A stretch of DNA of 64,000 bases from a virus. Of this stretch, positions 54,170 to 64,000 are shown piece after piece. A program made the translations under genes and the position numbers. Where the stretch lies: IMG/VR virus record IMGVR_UViG_3300033182_000595, positions 16,763 through 80,762 of that record. The stretch is one strand, 5' to 3'. The notes under the pieces are model-generated. The model saw only the letters and a list, made by a program, of their open reading frames with translations, did not search any database and was not told where the DNA came from. Each line of letters begins with the position of its first letter. The stretch's first letter is position 1.

Positions 54170-54633
54170 TGTTTGAGTTAGTAACAATGTTTTTCACTGC
54201 GGGCGGTAGTGCGGCACTAGGATCTGTACTGAAAGGTGTATTTGGTGCAATTAGTGATTCCCGTCAGCAAAAGTTTGAATTAGAATTAGCTAGGGAAGCG
54301 AGGGGAAATGAATTTGCACTTAAATTTCAAGAACAACTTAATAGCGGTGAGGGTGGTATGTTTACTAGGGTTACTAGGAGGTTGCTCTCGCTCATATTAT
54401 GCGGAACCCTCTCAGCGGTCGTCATCCTTTGCACCCTCTTCCCAAGTGCAGAAATCATCACCCTTACAAACCCAACAGGAGAAGGAGCAACCGAAATCCT
54501 TTTCGGACTCATCACATTTCCTGCTAAGCAGTCCCCCATTATGGTCACTACAGGATCGCTAGCGAGTTACTTCGTAATTGTTTTGGCCCCCATGGTTTTG
54601 GGATTTTATTTCACCCCCGGAGGTAGAAGATGA
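54169..54633 (+). CDS. Membrane protein, holin-like
   Basis: Three hydrophobic segments, ending in GFYF..G.R. Confidence 0.5.
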   Translation: MFELVTMFFTAGGSAALGSVLKGVFGAISDSRQQKFELELAREARGNEFALKFQEQLNSGEGGMFTRVTRRLLSLILCGTLSAVVILCTLFPSAEIITLTNPTGEGATEILFGLITFPAKQSPIMVTTGSLASYFVIVLAPMVLGFYFTPGGRR

Positions 54634-55400
54634 ATTGGCAAGAGTTCAACGATCAAGTACGAGTATTTCTTATTGTAGACAGTGAGCGTAAGGGCAGAGG
54701 TGTTCAAGAGAACATTGACTCCCTTATTGTGGCTTCCGTGGTAGACCTACAAAGATATGTTCCCGCAATCAGACTTAATCAATATAAGTTTTACTCAGAC
54801 AGCACATTGGTTGAGCCTAATCCCGAGGATTTACATGATGTGAACTCTGAGGATATAGACGTACACAAGGGCGACTTCGCAATGTCAAACATTCGCGTGA
54901 AACAAGTTGTGGTCAGGCGGGTACCTACGGATGAGAATAAGCAAACCATATCGCATTACTACTATCCCAATTCGATCCCATGGGAATCAAGATTCACTCT
55001 TATAGATGGAGGGGTAACAGAGAGAACGGCAAATATACCTGGTCGTATTACATTCGGAGAGAACAAGTTTTGGACAGGTCCTGAGTTAAGAGAGGATGAG
55101 GCATTATATATCTACTTCGAAGGGGAGTACCGCCCTACACCAATTTACCGAGCAACAGAGGACGAGAAGAATGCACCTGTTATATTTGATGAGATGGAAG
55201 CCAAAGCGGTAGCGGGATATGTCAAGGCACACTTAGCTAGGGATGTTGATAACGATCTACAGCAATACCAGGCATACATGCAAATGTATCAGAAGGAGCG
55301 GGCTCAGATTTTTATCAACAGGAAGGAATACCAAACATCTTCAATCGAGCAGATTGCGAATAGCACAGGTATCGGGGGAGGAGCATTTGTAATAGGATGA
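54630..55400 (+). CDS. Putative head-tail adaptor/tail tubular protein
   Basis: Size and position; helical termini. Confidence 0.45.
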   Translation: MNWQEFNDQVRVFLIVDSERKGRGVQENIDSLIVASVVDLQRYVPAIRLNQYKFYSDSTLVEPNPEDLHDVNSEDIDVHKGDFAMSNIRVKQVVVRRVPTDENKQTISHYYYPNSIPWESRFTLIDGGVTERTANIPGRITFGENKFWTGPELREDEALYIYFEGEYRPTPIYRATEDEKNAPVIFDEMEAKAVAGYVKAHLARDVDNDLQQYQAYMQMYQKERAQIFINRKEYQTSSIEQIANSTGIGGGAFVIG

Positions 55401-58400
55401 CCGTACAATCAAGAGCTACCCTTAAGTCTTACTTCATAACTGGTGCTTCACCAAGTGAGGCTGAGTTCGCTGACCTTATAGACTCAACACTCTTAGTTGG
55501 GGATATCGAGGTAGGACTTGCGTCAACATCATCAGTAAATCCACTTTCAGCATCTGCAGGGAAAACACTGAATGATAAAATATCAGATATAACTGCAAGG
55601 GTAGTAGTACTGGAGGACACCGAGAATACATTTGCATCTAATTACTACAATAAATCCGAGGTAGATAGTCTAATTACTGCGGTTGACCAGGTCATATACA
55701 ACCTTACTTACCAATCACAGATAAATGACCTTCAAGATCAGATTGATAATATCGACACAACAGGTTCACCTAGTTCGATATCCATTAGTAATGTAACAGG
55801 TCTCCAAGATGCACTGGATGCAAAAGCAACGATCGCTGAGCTAAATAGTACACGCGATGCACTTCAGGCTAGTATAGATTCAATAAATACGGATGGTGTT
55901 GATCTATCTGGAATAGAACAATCCATAGCGAATCTAAACTCAGAGATAGAGGCACTAGAGACTAGCTTGGCATCTAAAGCAGATAGTAGTCATACCCACT
56001 CTCAGTATTACACAAAGACCGAGGTTGATACATTGGTTGGTGATATTTCAGTAGAGGATCATACACATACTGCATCTGACATCACTGACCTCAATCAAGA
56101 GATTGAGCAAAAAACAAACCTGCTTGTTTCTGACCACTCCGAATCAACTAATAATCCGCACAATGTAACTAAGGCACAAGTAGGATTAGGTAAGGTAGAG
56201 AATTTAACTCCGCCCGAAATTGTTGCCGCGGCTGGCATTGCCACAGATGAATCACTTGCTGATTTAGAGCAACAACTTTTAGATCATACAAATCAACCCA
56301 ATCCGCATGGTACAAGTAAATCTGACATCGGACTGGGTAATGTACCAAATGTAGATGTTCAGCAATTACTAGACTTACACCTACAGGAAGAGAATCCACA
56401 CAATGTTGACCTTAATTTCTTCGATGTTTATTCGACTGCAGAAGCGGATTCCCGCATGCAGTTCTATATAGACTCAGTAAGATATGCTTTCACTCCTGCA
56501 TATTCAGGAGACTCAGCGGGTGCATTAGGGGATATCGCATGGGATGAGGACTTCTTGTATTTCAAGCAACAACCCACCAAGTGGGTAAAAGTACCCTTCT
56601 CCTCCATTGAGGAATTTAATTTAGATAATGTAACAAAGATTTCTGCGGCAGATATACAGGTAACAGGAACGGATGGTAGTACATTACTTAGTGTAAGCGA
56701 TGCTGGAGTTGAGATTGGAGCAGGCTCCATTGGTAGCTTAACAATATCTGACTACACCAGGGGTTTTCCTGGCGAGGAAGGCGAGACCACACTACTGGAA
56801 TCTGAAAATCAGATTCAGATATCCTCAGACAGGGTTTTAATAAGGAATGTAAAAATCAATCACGGCACGATCGCAGAATTGGATTTAGTGCAATCACAAC
56901 AGGGATCTTATAACTTCCTGAGCGCAGTTAAAGCAGATTTACCCCGGGCTTACATTCTTGATACAACAACTCCCTCAATAAAGATATCTGACTTAACTTA
57001 TGAGTTTGACCCAGTTGAAGGGGTACGAATGGTGCCCGTGGAGTCCAATCCGGCAGAGTTTACATATTCCTATGATCTAGCTAGGTGGACATCTACGGTA
57101 GATTCTGACCTAAATAAGTTTGCATACCTAGCTGACCTCCCAGACCTATCTCCATACGCACTTAAGTCGGAGTTGCCTAGTAATATTGGCCAAGGTGGAG
57201 ACGAGGGATCGAATACTACAGATGTTGTATTGTCCGGATCAACAGGTGGACTAGATAACTACGCGTTTACATCTGGTGCTGGTATATACGCTGACGACCC
57301 TGACACTCCAGGCGATCAAGAGTATTGGACGTATACAGACGATGTATTATCCACGGGATTAGTTATTGATTACGGTTACGGAGTAAATAATCCGAGCTTA
57401 AAATACAACCCCGCAACAGAAGCATGGGAGGCATTCGATGGGGTAACTACATTTGGTATAATTTCTCCATACACCAAAGATGAGATTGATTCAATAATCG
57501 CAGGGAAAGCTGACTTAAGTCACACCCATAGCCAATACGCCCTAACTACTGATTTATTAACTTTCGTTCCCTATACTCAGCTTGAGGTAAATGCCCTGCT
57601 GGATGGTAAGGCGGACGCAGTACATACGCACGCTCAATATGCCTTAATTGAGAACTTACCCAACTTTAATACCTTCTCACTCAAGACAGACTTAAACGAT
57701 TATGCCACACTTGAGGACTTAGCGGCTATTGAAACTAGCGTAACCAATGTAACTAATATCACAGAAGAAGTTGTATTTGATAACTTCATTACGCTAGATG
57801 CTTCTGCTGGTGGAATCAGAGAGGGTTACGCATTTACCGAGGGTGCGGGCATTTACGCTGATGACCCAGACACTCCAGGAGATCAAGAGTATTGGGCACT
57901 TTCCGCACTTGGGTATTTTGATGCTGGCATAGATGTAGATATCGGGCAAGGTGTCAACAATCCATCTATTAAGTGGAGTATAACAGATGAAGAGTGGGTG
58001 GTATCTGACGGAGTATCTGCATTTAAGATGCAAGGTTACTCCAAGGAGGAGGTAGATGAATTAATTGAAAACTTCGAAGTAGTTGGCCACACGCACAGTC
58101 AGTATGCCCTCAAGACCGAGCTACTTGGATACTTCCCCTACACAACGTCAGAAGTGGATGCGCTGATAAGTAATGTAGAGTCATCCAAGGCAGATGTCAT
58201 CCACTACCATAATGATTTATACGCACCACTAAATCACACTCACTCCCAGTATGCACTTACTTCTGATCTTCCTGATCTGAGTAATTACGCAACGCTTAGC
58301 GATCTTGCTTCTATAGACACAGGAACAGCAGACACGGGCGGTCTTTTTGGGGGAACTATAACGATAGATAGTTCTAGCTCTGAGGGCTATGCGGAGACAA

Positions 58401-59698
58401 AATATCCTGACGGATCGGGCGGGTTTATATCTCAAAAATACTCAGTAGATTATGGGCCGGATGGAGTTTATGGCACAGCCGATGATGATGAGACAGAGGA
58501 TTACTTCTCATCCGTTGCGCTTGGTTACTCAAAGACGGGAGTCGTTGTGGATGTTGGTCAGTTTGCTAACAACCCAAGTATTAAGTATGATCCAGCTGTT
58601 GGTGACTGGGAGGTATTTGATGGTAGCTCTACTTTTAATTTAAAGGATGTAGATGTAGCCATTGCTAACTTAGTTGACTCCGCACCAAACACACTTAATA
58701 CATTAAACGAACTCGCCGCGGCTCTCGGAGACGATCCAAACTTTGCCACCACTACATCCACAGCACTTGGTAATCGCGTAAGAGTAGATATAAATACTCA
58801 AAATCTTACCACTACACAGAAATCAAATGCCAGGACAAACATCGGGGCACAAGTAGCAGGTTCTTACGCATCATCAGGCCATAACCACGACACGAGATAC
58901 GCAAGATTTGATGCCAGTCAGACATTAACTGCCGCAAATAAGACGCAAATACTTAGTAATATAGGAGCGCAACCATCAGGGAGTTATGCCGCATCATCTC
59001 ACAACCACTCAGCATCAGATATAACAAGTGGTCAGCTCGGAATAGCTAGAATACCCACGGGTACTACATCTAGTACAGTATGTGTAGGTAATGACTCCAG
59101 GTTGTCGGATGCCCGTACGCCAACTTCCCACACCCATGACGACAGGTACTACACTGAGACAGAGATGCGTCATATCTTGTCTCGTGCGCACGGATGGGCT
59201 AGTTCATATGGAACATCTACTGAATCAGCAACTAACTGGAGTATAGTAGAAGATGCATTAGAAATTGATCTTAATAGTGACTCCTCCATAGGCGCTTCAT
59301 ACAAAGCAATCCGAATAGAAAAGGGAGATGTTGTTAGATTTACAGTAATGGTGAAGGGTAGTGCCGCTTCAGGTTCAGGATTGTATTTAAGAATATACGG
59401 AGATACCGGTCTTGATGATTCGAAAACTCATATATCTGTTTTTACGGGTGAAACCGATGTCCAGTTAGTGAGTACTTCGTCCTCAAGTGTGGAACACCCT
59501 TTCCATAGATGGAACTGGATTGAAAATCAACCAATATCCACATCATGGAAGGATTACACTTATGACTATGTGGCACATGCAGATGGGTTTATTAGTTTAG
59601 TTATCTTAAACTGGTCAGGTCACGGGGTTAATAGTTTGTTCGTTAAAAATCCTGACATTCAGGTACTAGCTAGCGGTAAATATTCATACGCAACATAA
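55397..59698 (+). CDS. Long tail fibre protein with internal repeats
   Basis: NPH.VTK.QVGLG.V.N, HTH repeats, APNTLNTL.ELA.ALG.DPNFA, GNDSRLSDAR. Confidence 0.8.
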   Translation: MTVQSRATLKSYFITGASPSEAEFADLIDSTLLVGDIEVGLASTSSVNPLSASAGKTLNDKISDITARVVVLEDTENTFASNYYNKSEVDSLITAVDQVIYNLTYQSQINDLQDQIDNIDTTGSPSSISISNVTGLQDALDAKATIAELNSTRDALQASIDSINTDGVDLSGIEQSIANLNSEIEALETSLASKADSSHTHSQYYTKTEVDTLVGDISVEDHTHTASDITDLNQEIEQKTNLLVSDHSESTNNPHNVTKAQVGLGKVENLTPPEIVAAAGIATDESLADLEQQLLDHTNQPNPHGTSKSDIGLGNVPNVDVQQLLDLHLQEENPHNVDLNFFDVYSTAEADSRMQFYIDSVRYAFTPAYSGDSAGALGDIAWDEDFLYFKQQPTKWVKVPFSSIEEFNLDNVTKISAADIQVTGTDGSTLLSVSDAGVEIGAGSIGSLTISDYTRGFPGEEGETTLLESENQIQISSDRVLIRNVKINHGTIAELDLVQSQQGSYNFLSAVKADLPRAYILDTTTPSIKISDLTYEFDPVEGVRMVPVESNPAEFTYSYDLARWTSTVDSDLNKFAYLADLPDLSPYALKSELPSNIGQGGDEGSNTTDVVLSGSTGGLDNYAFTSGAGIYADDPDTPGDQEYWTYTDDVLSTGLVIDYGYGVNNPSLKYNPATEAWEAFDGVTTFGIISPYTKDEIDSIIAGKADLSHTHSQYALTTDLLTFVPYTQLEVNALLDGKADAVHTHAQYALIENLPNFNTFSLKTDLNDYATLEDLAAIETSVTNVTNITEEVVFDNFITLDASAGGIREGYAFTEGAGIYADDPDTPGDQEYWALSALGYFDAGIDVDIGQGVNNPSIKWSITDEEWVVSDGVSAFKMQGYSKEEVDELIENFEVVGHTHSQYALKTELLGYFPYTTSEVDALISNVESSKADVIHYHNDLYAPLNHTHSQYALTSDLPDLSNYATLSDLASIDTGTADTGGLFGGTITIDSSSSEGYAETKYPDGSGGFISQKYSVDYGPDGVYGTADDDETEDYFSSVALGYSKTGVVVDVGQFANNPSIKYDPAVGDWEVFDGSSTFNLKDVDVAIANLVDSAPNTLNTLNELAAALGDDPNFATTTSTALGNRVRVDINTQNLTTTQKSNARTNIGAQVAGSYASSGHNHDTRYARFDASQTLTAANKTQILSNIGAQPSGSYAASSHNHSASDITSGQLGIARIPTGTTSSTVCVGNDSRLSDARTPTSHTHDDRYYTETEMRHILSRAHGWASSYGTSTESATNWSIVEDALEIDLNSDSSIGASYKAIRIEKGDVVRFTVMVKGSAASGSGLYLRIYGDTGLDDSKTHISVFTGETDVQLVSTSSSSVEHPFHRWNWIENQPISTSWKDYTYDYVAHADGFISLVILNWSGHGVNSLFVKNPDIQVLASGKYSYAT

Positions 59699-62319
59699 TG
59701 GCACGCAGAAAAGCATATAAGAATATTACTATTCACCCCGCACAAGGTGGTGCATTGATTGGGTCTGCCTCGGATGATGTACCGATTACACAGGAGTCTA
59801 ACTACTTATCTAGTTCAGCAAATTACACCACTAAGTTAAATTTCCGCAGAGAGACAGACGGAGAGTTAAGGAGAGAAGGGTGGGAGGTATTCAATCCAAG
59901 GGATGTTAATACTGAGATATCTCAATGGGGAAACAGGATTACCTTTAATGCGATAAACTCTCAGTATCCAATCCGTGCAATACATCAGTTCCCGGGCACT
60001 AACGGAACGCCAGTCCTTATTGGGATCGCTGGAGGTGAGGTATGGAGGCTACGGTCAGGCGAGGATACATATGCTCAGGATTATGCCAACTTAGACGCAA
60101 AATATGCTACTGAGAACGGAGACTTTGAGGGCAATGAATACTGGATAGGAGTAGGTGATGATTTCTATTGGGAGAAAATCTATCAGTTTGAAAGGCACAT
60201 GGATGTGTTTGATAACAATAAAACTAATCTGTCACCATTTGAGGGAGGTGCATACAGGTGGGAGATTGTGGATGTACAAAACCATATAGTTATCAATAAC
60301 GGAGTAGATCTTCCAGTCGTTTATAAGTCAGAGTGGGCTATTGCTGAGCCACTTTATTCCCTTCGAGAGAATGGAGTAATTTCCGTTGGCACAATAGGAG
60401 TATTCCAAGACCGATTATTCTGTGCAGATTTGACAGTAATCGAGAGAGGTTATGACACCTTGTTCGCGCAATCTTCCCAGCCTTACGGATATCTACCTGA
60501 AGACCCATTATATGGTTATTATAGAACGCAACGGTATCAGTATAGAATGGTGTATTCGGCAGAGGGAGAACCAAAACTATTTAATAGCGGAGCTATACTA
60601 AATAATGCCGTCGTCATGGAGTCTGGCGGATTAGCGGGAAGTCTTAATTCCTCAGAGTCGGGCGCATATTACTTTTCACCAAGGTATAATTTCAAGATAG
60701 GTACCCCAGCAAGCATGTACAAGTTGCACTCCCTAGGGACTTATCAGGGAGAAGAAGCATACACGTTAAATTTCATACAACCACCAATGGTGAAAACCGT
60801 AAATGAGGACGGAAGTCTTGAGGTTAGTGGTTTGTTTCTTGGTCAAGATATAGGTACTGCGGAAGATGTATACGCTAGAGATCCATTAAATCCAGATGAT
60901 AAGTATTCAGCTAACTTTGGCCCAGACAGGGCATACGGTACCGAGGATGATATAGATGACGGGGATTACTTCACAGCTACTGGATCCTACAAGATAGTAG
61001 ACTCTGGGGGGGATGATGTAATTCTTAACGACAATACAACAGGTCAGCCACTTAATGGAATATATACGATTGTATTACGCCCGTATGCTGAGCAACTTTC
61101 ATCTCCCGCTGCATTTCGTGAGTTCTCCCAGGATGGCTCTAGGATTCTAAAGATGAAGCAATTAGCTGATAAGCTAGTTGTCTATAGGGATTCCGGATTT
61201 TTCTTCATATCGAGAACAAATAGTACCGAGGTTCCATTTGCTATTGAGCCAAGATATACAGGGGGAAGGGTGGCAGACTTTAGGCACACAATTATAGATG
61301 TGGATGGGAATCAACATATCTTCATGGGTAATAGTGGAATCTATGCGATAAATAGAACGTCTACTGAGCCGCAACCCATATCATTGTTTGAGATTGGCCC
61401 ACCATTTTGGCAACTTGTACCGCCCGACTTAGCTGAGTTTGTATATGCGGTAGATAATCCAATCACTCGTGAGATATTTATTAACTGCCCCCTAGGATTG
61501 CTACAAAACTCCAAAGGAGATTTCATAGACGAGAAGGGAGAGATTATATACTCTGAGCGGCCCAATATAGCTTGGGGTGTAATTGCGTACGATTACATAA
61601 ATAAGACTTTATCTACCATTGATACTTCATTTACATCTGCCTCATACATCCGTAAGCCAAAACATAATCGAGTAGGCCCAGATGAGGCATGGTTTGTCAT
61701 GGGTGTACACCAAGCAAAAGATGATGAACAGATATATGTAGGTACTCAATATAGGGAAGACTCAGAGTATGGCGGCGTCATGGTAAGGTATGGATACGGA
61801 CCACCTAAGATAAATGAGAGGGAACCATACAGGCTTTACAGCCGATTGGGTTACGGCTACCGATCTAAAATAAAAAGTGGGCTCATTGACTTTGGTGATT
61901 CATTCTCCGACAAGGAAGTCCGTACATATGTATTGGAACTATCCAGCAAGTATGGTGTCACGCCCGTTCGTGTAAAAATAAGCACATCTACTTCTCCCCA
62001 AGGCACCGAGCAGATCGAGACTATGCAGACCGTGGACGGAAAGGAATTGGATTATGTTGAACTAAATAACCTAGTGGATGAGAACATGATACCAATGTAT
62101 GTTCAGGCTCCATACATAAGGGATGAGATTACGGTGTTACCAGATGTTACATATAGCGACCAGGTATTGGCTGAAATAGGATATGTTGATGACCAAGAAA
62201 AATTCTTCGATACCGAGCGTCCTGTAGTAAATAATAACCCCATTAAAATAGTTGGTAGAACATTTGAGGTCAGTGGTGTAGATACTAGGTCTGCTACTCA
62301 GGCATATAATCAAGGATGA
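59698..62319 (+). CDS. Putative tail nozzle/DNA stabilization protein
   Basis: 873 aa, beta-rich, NG.D.P and FQDRLF motifs, DFGD...DK near the C-terminus. Confidence 0.55.
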   Translation: MARRKAYKNITIHPAQGGALIGSASDDVPITQESNYLSSSANYTTKLNFRRETDGELRREGWEVFNPRDVNTEISQWGNRITFNAINSQYPIRAIHQFPGTNGTPVLIGIAGGEVWRLRSGEDTYAQDYANLDAKYATENGDFEGNEYWIGVGDDFYWEKIYQFERHMDVFDNNKTNLSPFEGGAYRWEIVDVQNHIVINNGVDLPVVYKSEWAIAEPLYSLRENGVISVGTIGVFQDRLFCADLTVIERGYDTLFAQSSQPYGYLPEDPLYGYYRTQRYQYRMVYSAEGEPKLFNSGAILNNAVVMESGGLAGSLNSSESGAYYFSPRYNFKIGTPASMYKLHSLGTYQGEEAYTLNFIQPPMVKTVNEDGSLEVSGLFLGQDIGTAEDVYARDPLNPDDKYSANFGPDRAYGTEDDIDDGDYFTATGSYKIVDSGGDDVILNDNTTGQPLNGIYTIVLRPYAEQLSSPAAFREFSQDGSRILKMKQLADKLVVYRDSGFFFISRTNSTEVPFAIEPRYTGGRVADFRHTIIDVDGNQHIFMGNSGIYAINRTSTEPQPISLFEIGPPFWQLVPPDLAEFVYAVDNPITREIFINCPLGLLQNSKGDFIDEKGEIIYSERPNIAWGVIAYDYINKTLSTIDTSFTSASYIRKPKHNRVGPDEAWFVMGVHQAKDDEQIYVGTQYREDSEYGGVMVRYGYGPPKINEREPYRLYSRLGYGYRSKIKSGLIDFGDSFSDKEVRTYVLELSSKYGVTPVRVKISTSTSPQGTEQIETMQTVDGKELDYVELNNLVDENMIPMYVQAPYIRDEITVLPDVTYSDQVLAEIGYVDDQEKFFDTERPVVNNNPIKIVGRTFEVSGVDTRSATQAYNQG

Positions 62320-62678
62320 ATCCAGTAGTAAGAGGTTTTGATCGTAATGTGGAAGCGCAGTTTCCCGAGGAAGAAGCTGTCCCTCAGAATCTGCGCGAAT
62401 GGTGGATGGAAACAAAATCCAATCTTGAACGATTAAGGGATCGCACGCGTCTGCTAGAGCAAGAAGTAGAATCACTAAAAACTAAGATATCAACCTTAGA
62501 GAATAATACAGTGAGTAGTACCTCTCAATTTACAGATGCACAAGCAGAGCAGTTAGCTAGATTTATACAATATTGGGAGATAACGACAAGCGGAGGTTTG
62601 GTACCATACACGCACAATGCATCAGATATTGGTAGTGCAGAGCGTAAGGTAAAGGACATATATGAGCATGATGCTTAG
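62316..62678 (+). CDS. Coiled-coil structural protein
   Basis: Heptads; DIGSAERKV fibre-type motif. Confidence 0.5.
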   Translation: MNPVVRGFDRNVEAQFPEEEAVPQNLREWWMETKSNLERLRDRTRLLEQEVESLKTKISTLENNTVSSTSQFTDAQAEQLARFIQYWEITTSGGLVPYTHNASDIGSAERKVKDIYEHDA

Positions 62679-62690
62679 ACTTGAAAGATT

Positions 62691-62712
62691 GTAACACGAA
62701 GATTATTGTAAC
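62691..62712 (+). promoter_or_regulatory. Operator-like motif within promoter TTGAAA(62681)-17 bp-TATTGT(62704)
   Basis: GTAAC-acgaagattatt-GTAAC. Confidence 0.7.
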
Positions 62713-62715
62713 ATA

Positions 62716-63282
62716 ATGCCACAGCCAAGTAGACATATTACTGCACGATTGACCATTCGCAGAGGTACTGAGGCTGAGTGGAAGGAACACAACCCCGTCT
62801 TGCTCGAGGGAGAACCGGGTTGGGAGAAAGATGCGAAGCGACTTAAGATAGGCGACGGGGTCACTCCATGGAATGAGTTGCATTACTACTTTGGGGGAAA
62901 CTCTGAGGCTCCAAGCTCTGTTATGCACAATGGGGAGATTATACCCGAGTATATCAATTCAGTTTCTGGTGCCCTTGAATACTTTGGTGCGAAGTTTCAG
63001 ATCTACGATGACTTTGGAATGAATGAGTTTATATCTGGACTTACTGGCGAGGAGCCAAAATACACGCTTACAGTAGGTGCAGGATCGGGTGGTATAGCCT
63101 CTGCTAATGGTGAGAGGTTATTCGTGTACAACGCAACTGCCAACTTAAGTGCCATACCTCTAACAGGATATGAATTTGAGAACTGGACGGGCGAGGGAAT
63201 CGCTGATCCATATTCTGCCAATACTACAAAAGTAGTAAAAGGGGATGAGTATGTTCGGGCTAACTTTAAAATAATTAACTAA
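62716..63282 (+). CDS. Tail protein: Mtd/hyaluronidase-type N-terminal domain plus InlB B-repeat-like domain
   Basis: RRGT..EW...NPVL.EGE.G.E.D..R.KIGDG...W..L.Y; A.P..GY.F..W.G. Confidence 0.7.
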   Translation: MPQPSRHITARLTIRRGTEAEWKEHNPVLLEGEPGWEKDAKRLKIGDGVTPWNELHYYFGGNSEAPSSVMHNGEIIPEYINSVSGALEYFGAKFQIYDDFGMNEFISGLTGEEPKYTLTVGAGSGGIASANGERLFVYNATANLSAIPLTGYEFENWTGEGIADPYSANTTKVVKGDEYVRANFKIIN

Positions 63283-63581
63283 TGCCTGATACCACATCCA
63301 TATTATATCAAGTAGGCACGGCGGTGAAATCTGCCATAGATGCTAGTGCTGGGAGTACAGACTCCTATACAGAAACATCATACACGGATGGAGTGCTTAC
63401 ATCTCTTACTAAATATGCATCACAGGGAGGATTAAAATTGGAAACAAAAACATTCACCTACACGGATGGTCAACTGACCCAAGTATTAGTGCAGGACGGA
63501 TCGGATGTAACCACCCTTACGCAGACTATAGCATACGATGGGGATGGTAATGTCTCATCAATTACAAAGGATTACGCATGA
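63282..63581 (+). CDS. Small structural protein with YD-like repeats
   Basis: YTDG.L x2 and YDGDGN. Confidence 0.5.
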   Translation: MPDTTSILYQVGTAVKSAIDASAGSTDSYTETSYTDGVLTSLTKYASQGGLKLETKTFTYTDGQLTQVLVQDGSDVTTLTQTIAYDGDGNVSSITKDYA

Positions 63582-64000
63582 GTTTCTCACTAAATGCTAC
63601 AACTGGAGTAATCACTCAAAGTGGCACTGATACTAACCTTAGTGGATTAAGTGGAATCGCAGGAGTGTCAGTCATCAGTCTTGGTGGTGGCACAGACTAT
63701 GGGGGAATTATATCCTACCCAAAAATATATCAACTTACTAAGCAATTAGTAGTCGAGGGTGATTTAACTTTTGATGCCAATGATGAATCCTTAATGCTCA
63801 TTAGTGGACAGAGAGCTATATTACTGAAAAACGGATCAAGTTTAAATATATCTGCATTGTACCAAGGGTCACCCACTAGGGCATTGGCAATCAACTCAAA
63901 TATTTACCAGTTTAATCAATTTCACCATCCACAGAATGCTACGATTACCGCTGAAGCAGGTGCTACTATTGATTTTGAGGGAATAACAATAGGCGCGCAA
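63578..64000 (+). CDS. Putative tail protein (3'-truncated by the window edge)
   Basis: Open frame from ATG 63578 to the window end. Confidence 0.55.
   Translation, partial: MSFSLNATTGVITQSGTDTNLSGLSGIAGVSVISLGGGTDYGGIISYPKIYQLTKQLVVEGDLTFDANDESLMLISGQRAILLKNGSSLNISALYQGSPTRALAINSNIYQFNQFHHPQNATITAEAGATIDFEGITIGAQ

Noticed and set aside
57287-62890. Diversity-generating retroelement (near-identical repeats plus an Mtd-like N-terminal domain)
   Set aside because: No reverse transcriptase in the window, and the repeat differences are synonymous rather than adenine-specific.

Overview
The window is a segment of a large temperate tailed dsDNA phage genome with podovirus-like structural genes. 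It appears to be in the excised (attP) configuration, and both ends cut through CDSs. Layout: (1-4350) end of a rightward late operon (large probable internal virion protein, metallophosphoesterase, HNH). (4353-23007) A leftward, tightly packed accessory/early region with a tyrosine recombinase, a DpdA/TGT-like base-exchange enzyme, a RadC-type JAB protein, a SNF2 helicase, a PRTRC-type ubiquitin-like cassette (E, Ubl C, F, E2-like B, E1/ThiF), a clamp-loader-like AAA+ ATPase, a minimal ligase domain and many small ORFs. (23008-23940) A non-coding control region with iteron-like repeats. (23941-30238) Rightward genes: probable internal head proteins, a PAPS-reductase-like enzyme and small basic proteins. 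(30135-37799) A leftward replication/recombination module (2OG oxygenase, SSB, DnaB, initiator-like, RusA-like, Cas4/DUF2800-like nuclease, annealase, ParB-like, Xis-like). (37981-39794) RHH regulator, attP carrying the 3' half of tRNA-Arg(ACG), and integrase. (39869-64000) Terminase, portal, scaffold, capsid and tail genes. Highlights: a phage-borne ubiquitin-like conjugation cassette, a 22-bp palindromic motif (GTNAC-N12-GTNAC) found 11 times plus one N14 variant across all modules, a 28-bp origin-like motif present twice 10.6 kb apart, and a RusA-like locus whose two halves lie in overlapping frames. All family assignments are from motif recognition by eye; no searches were run.
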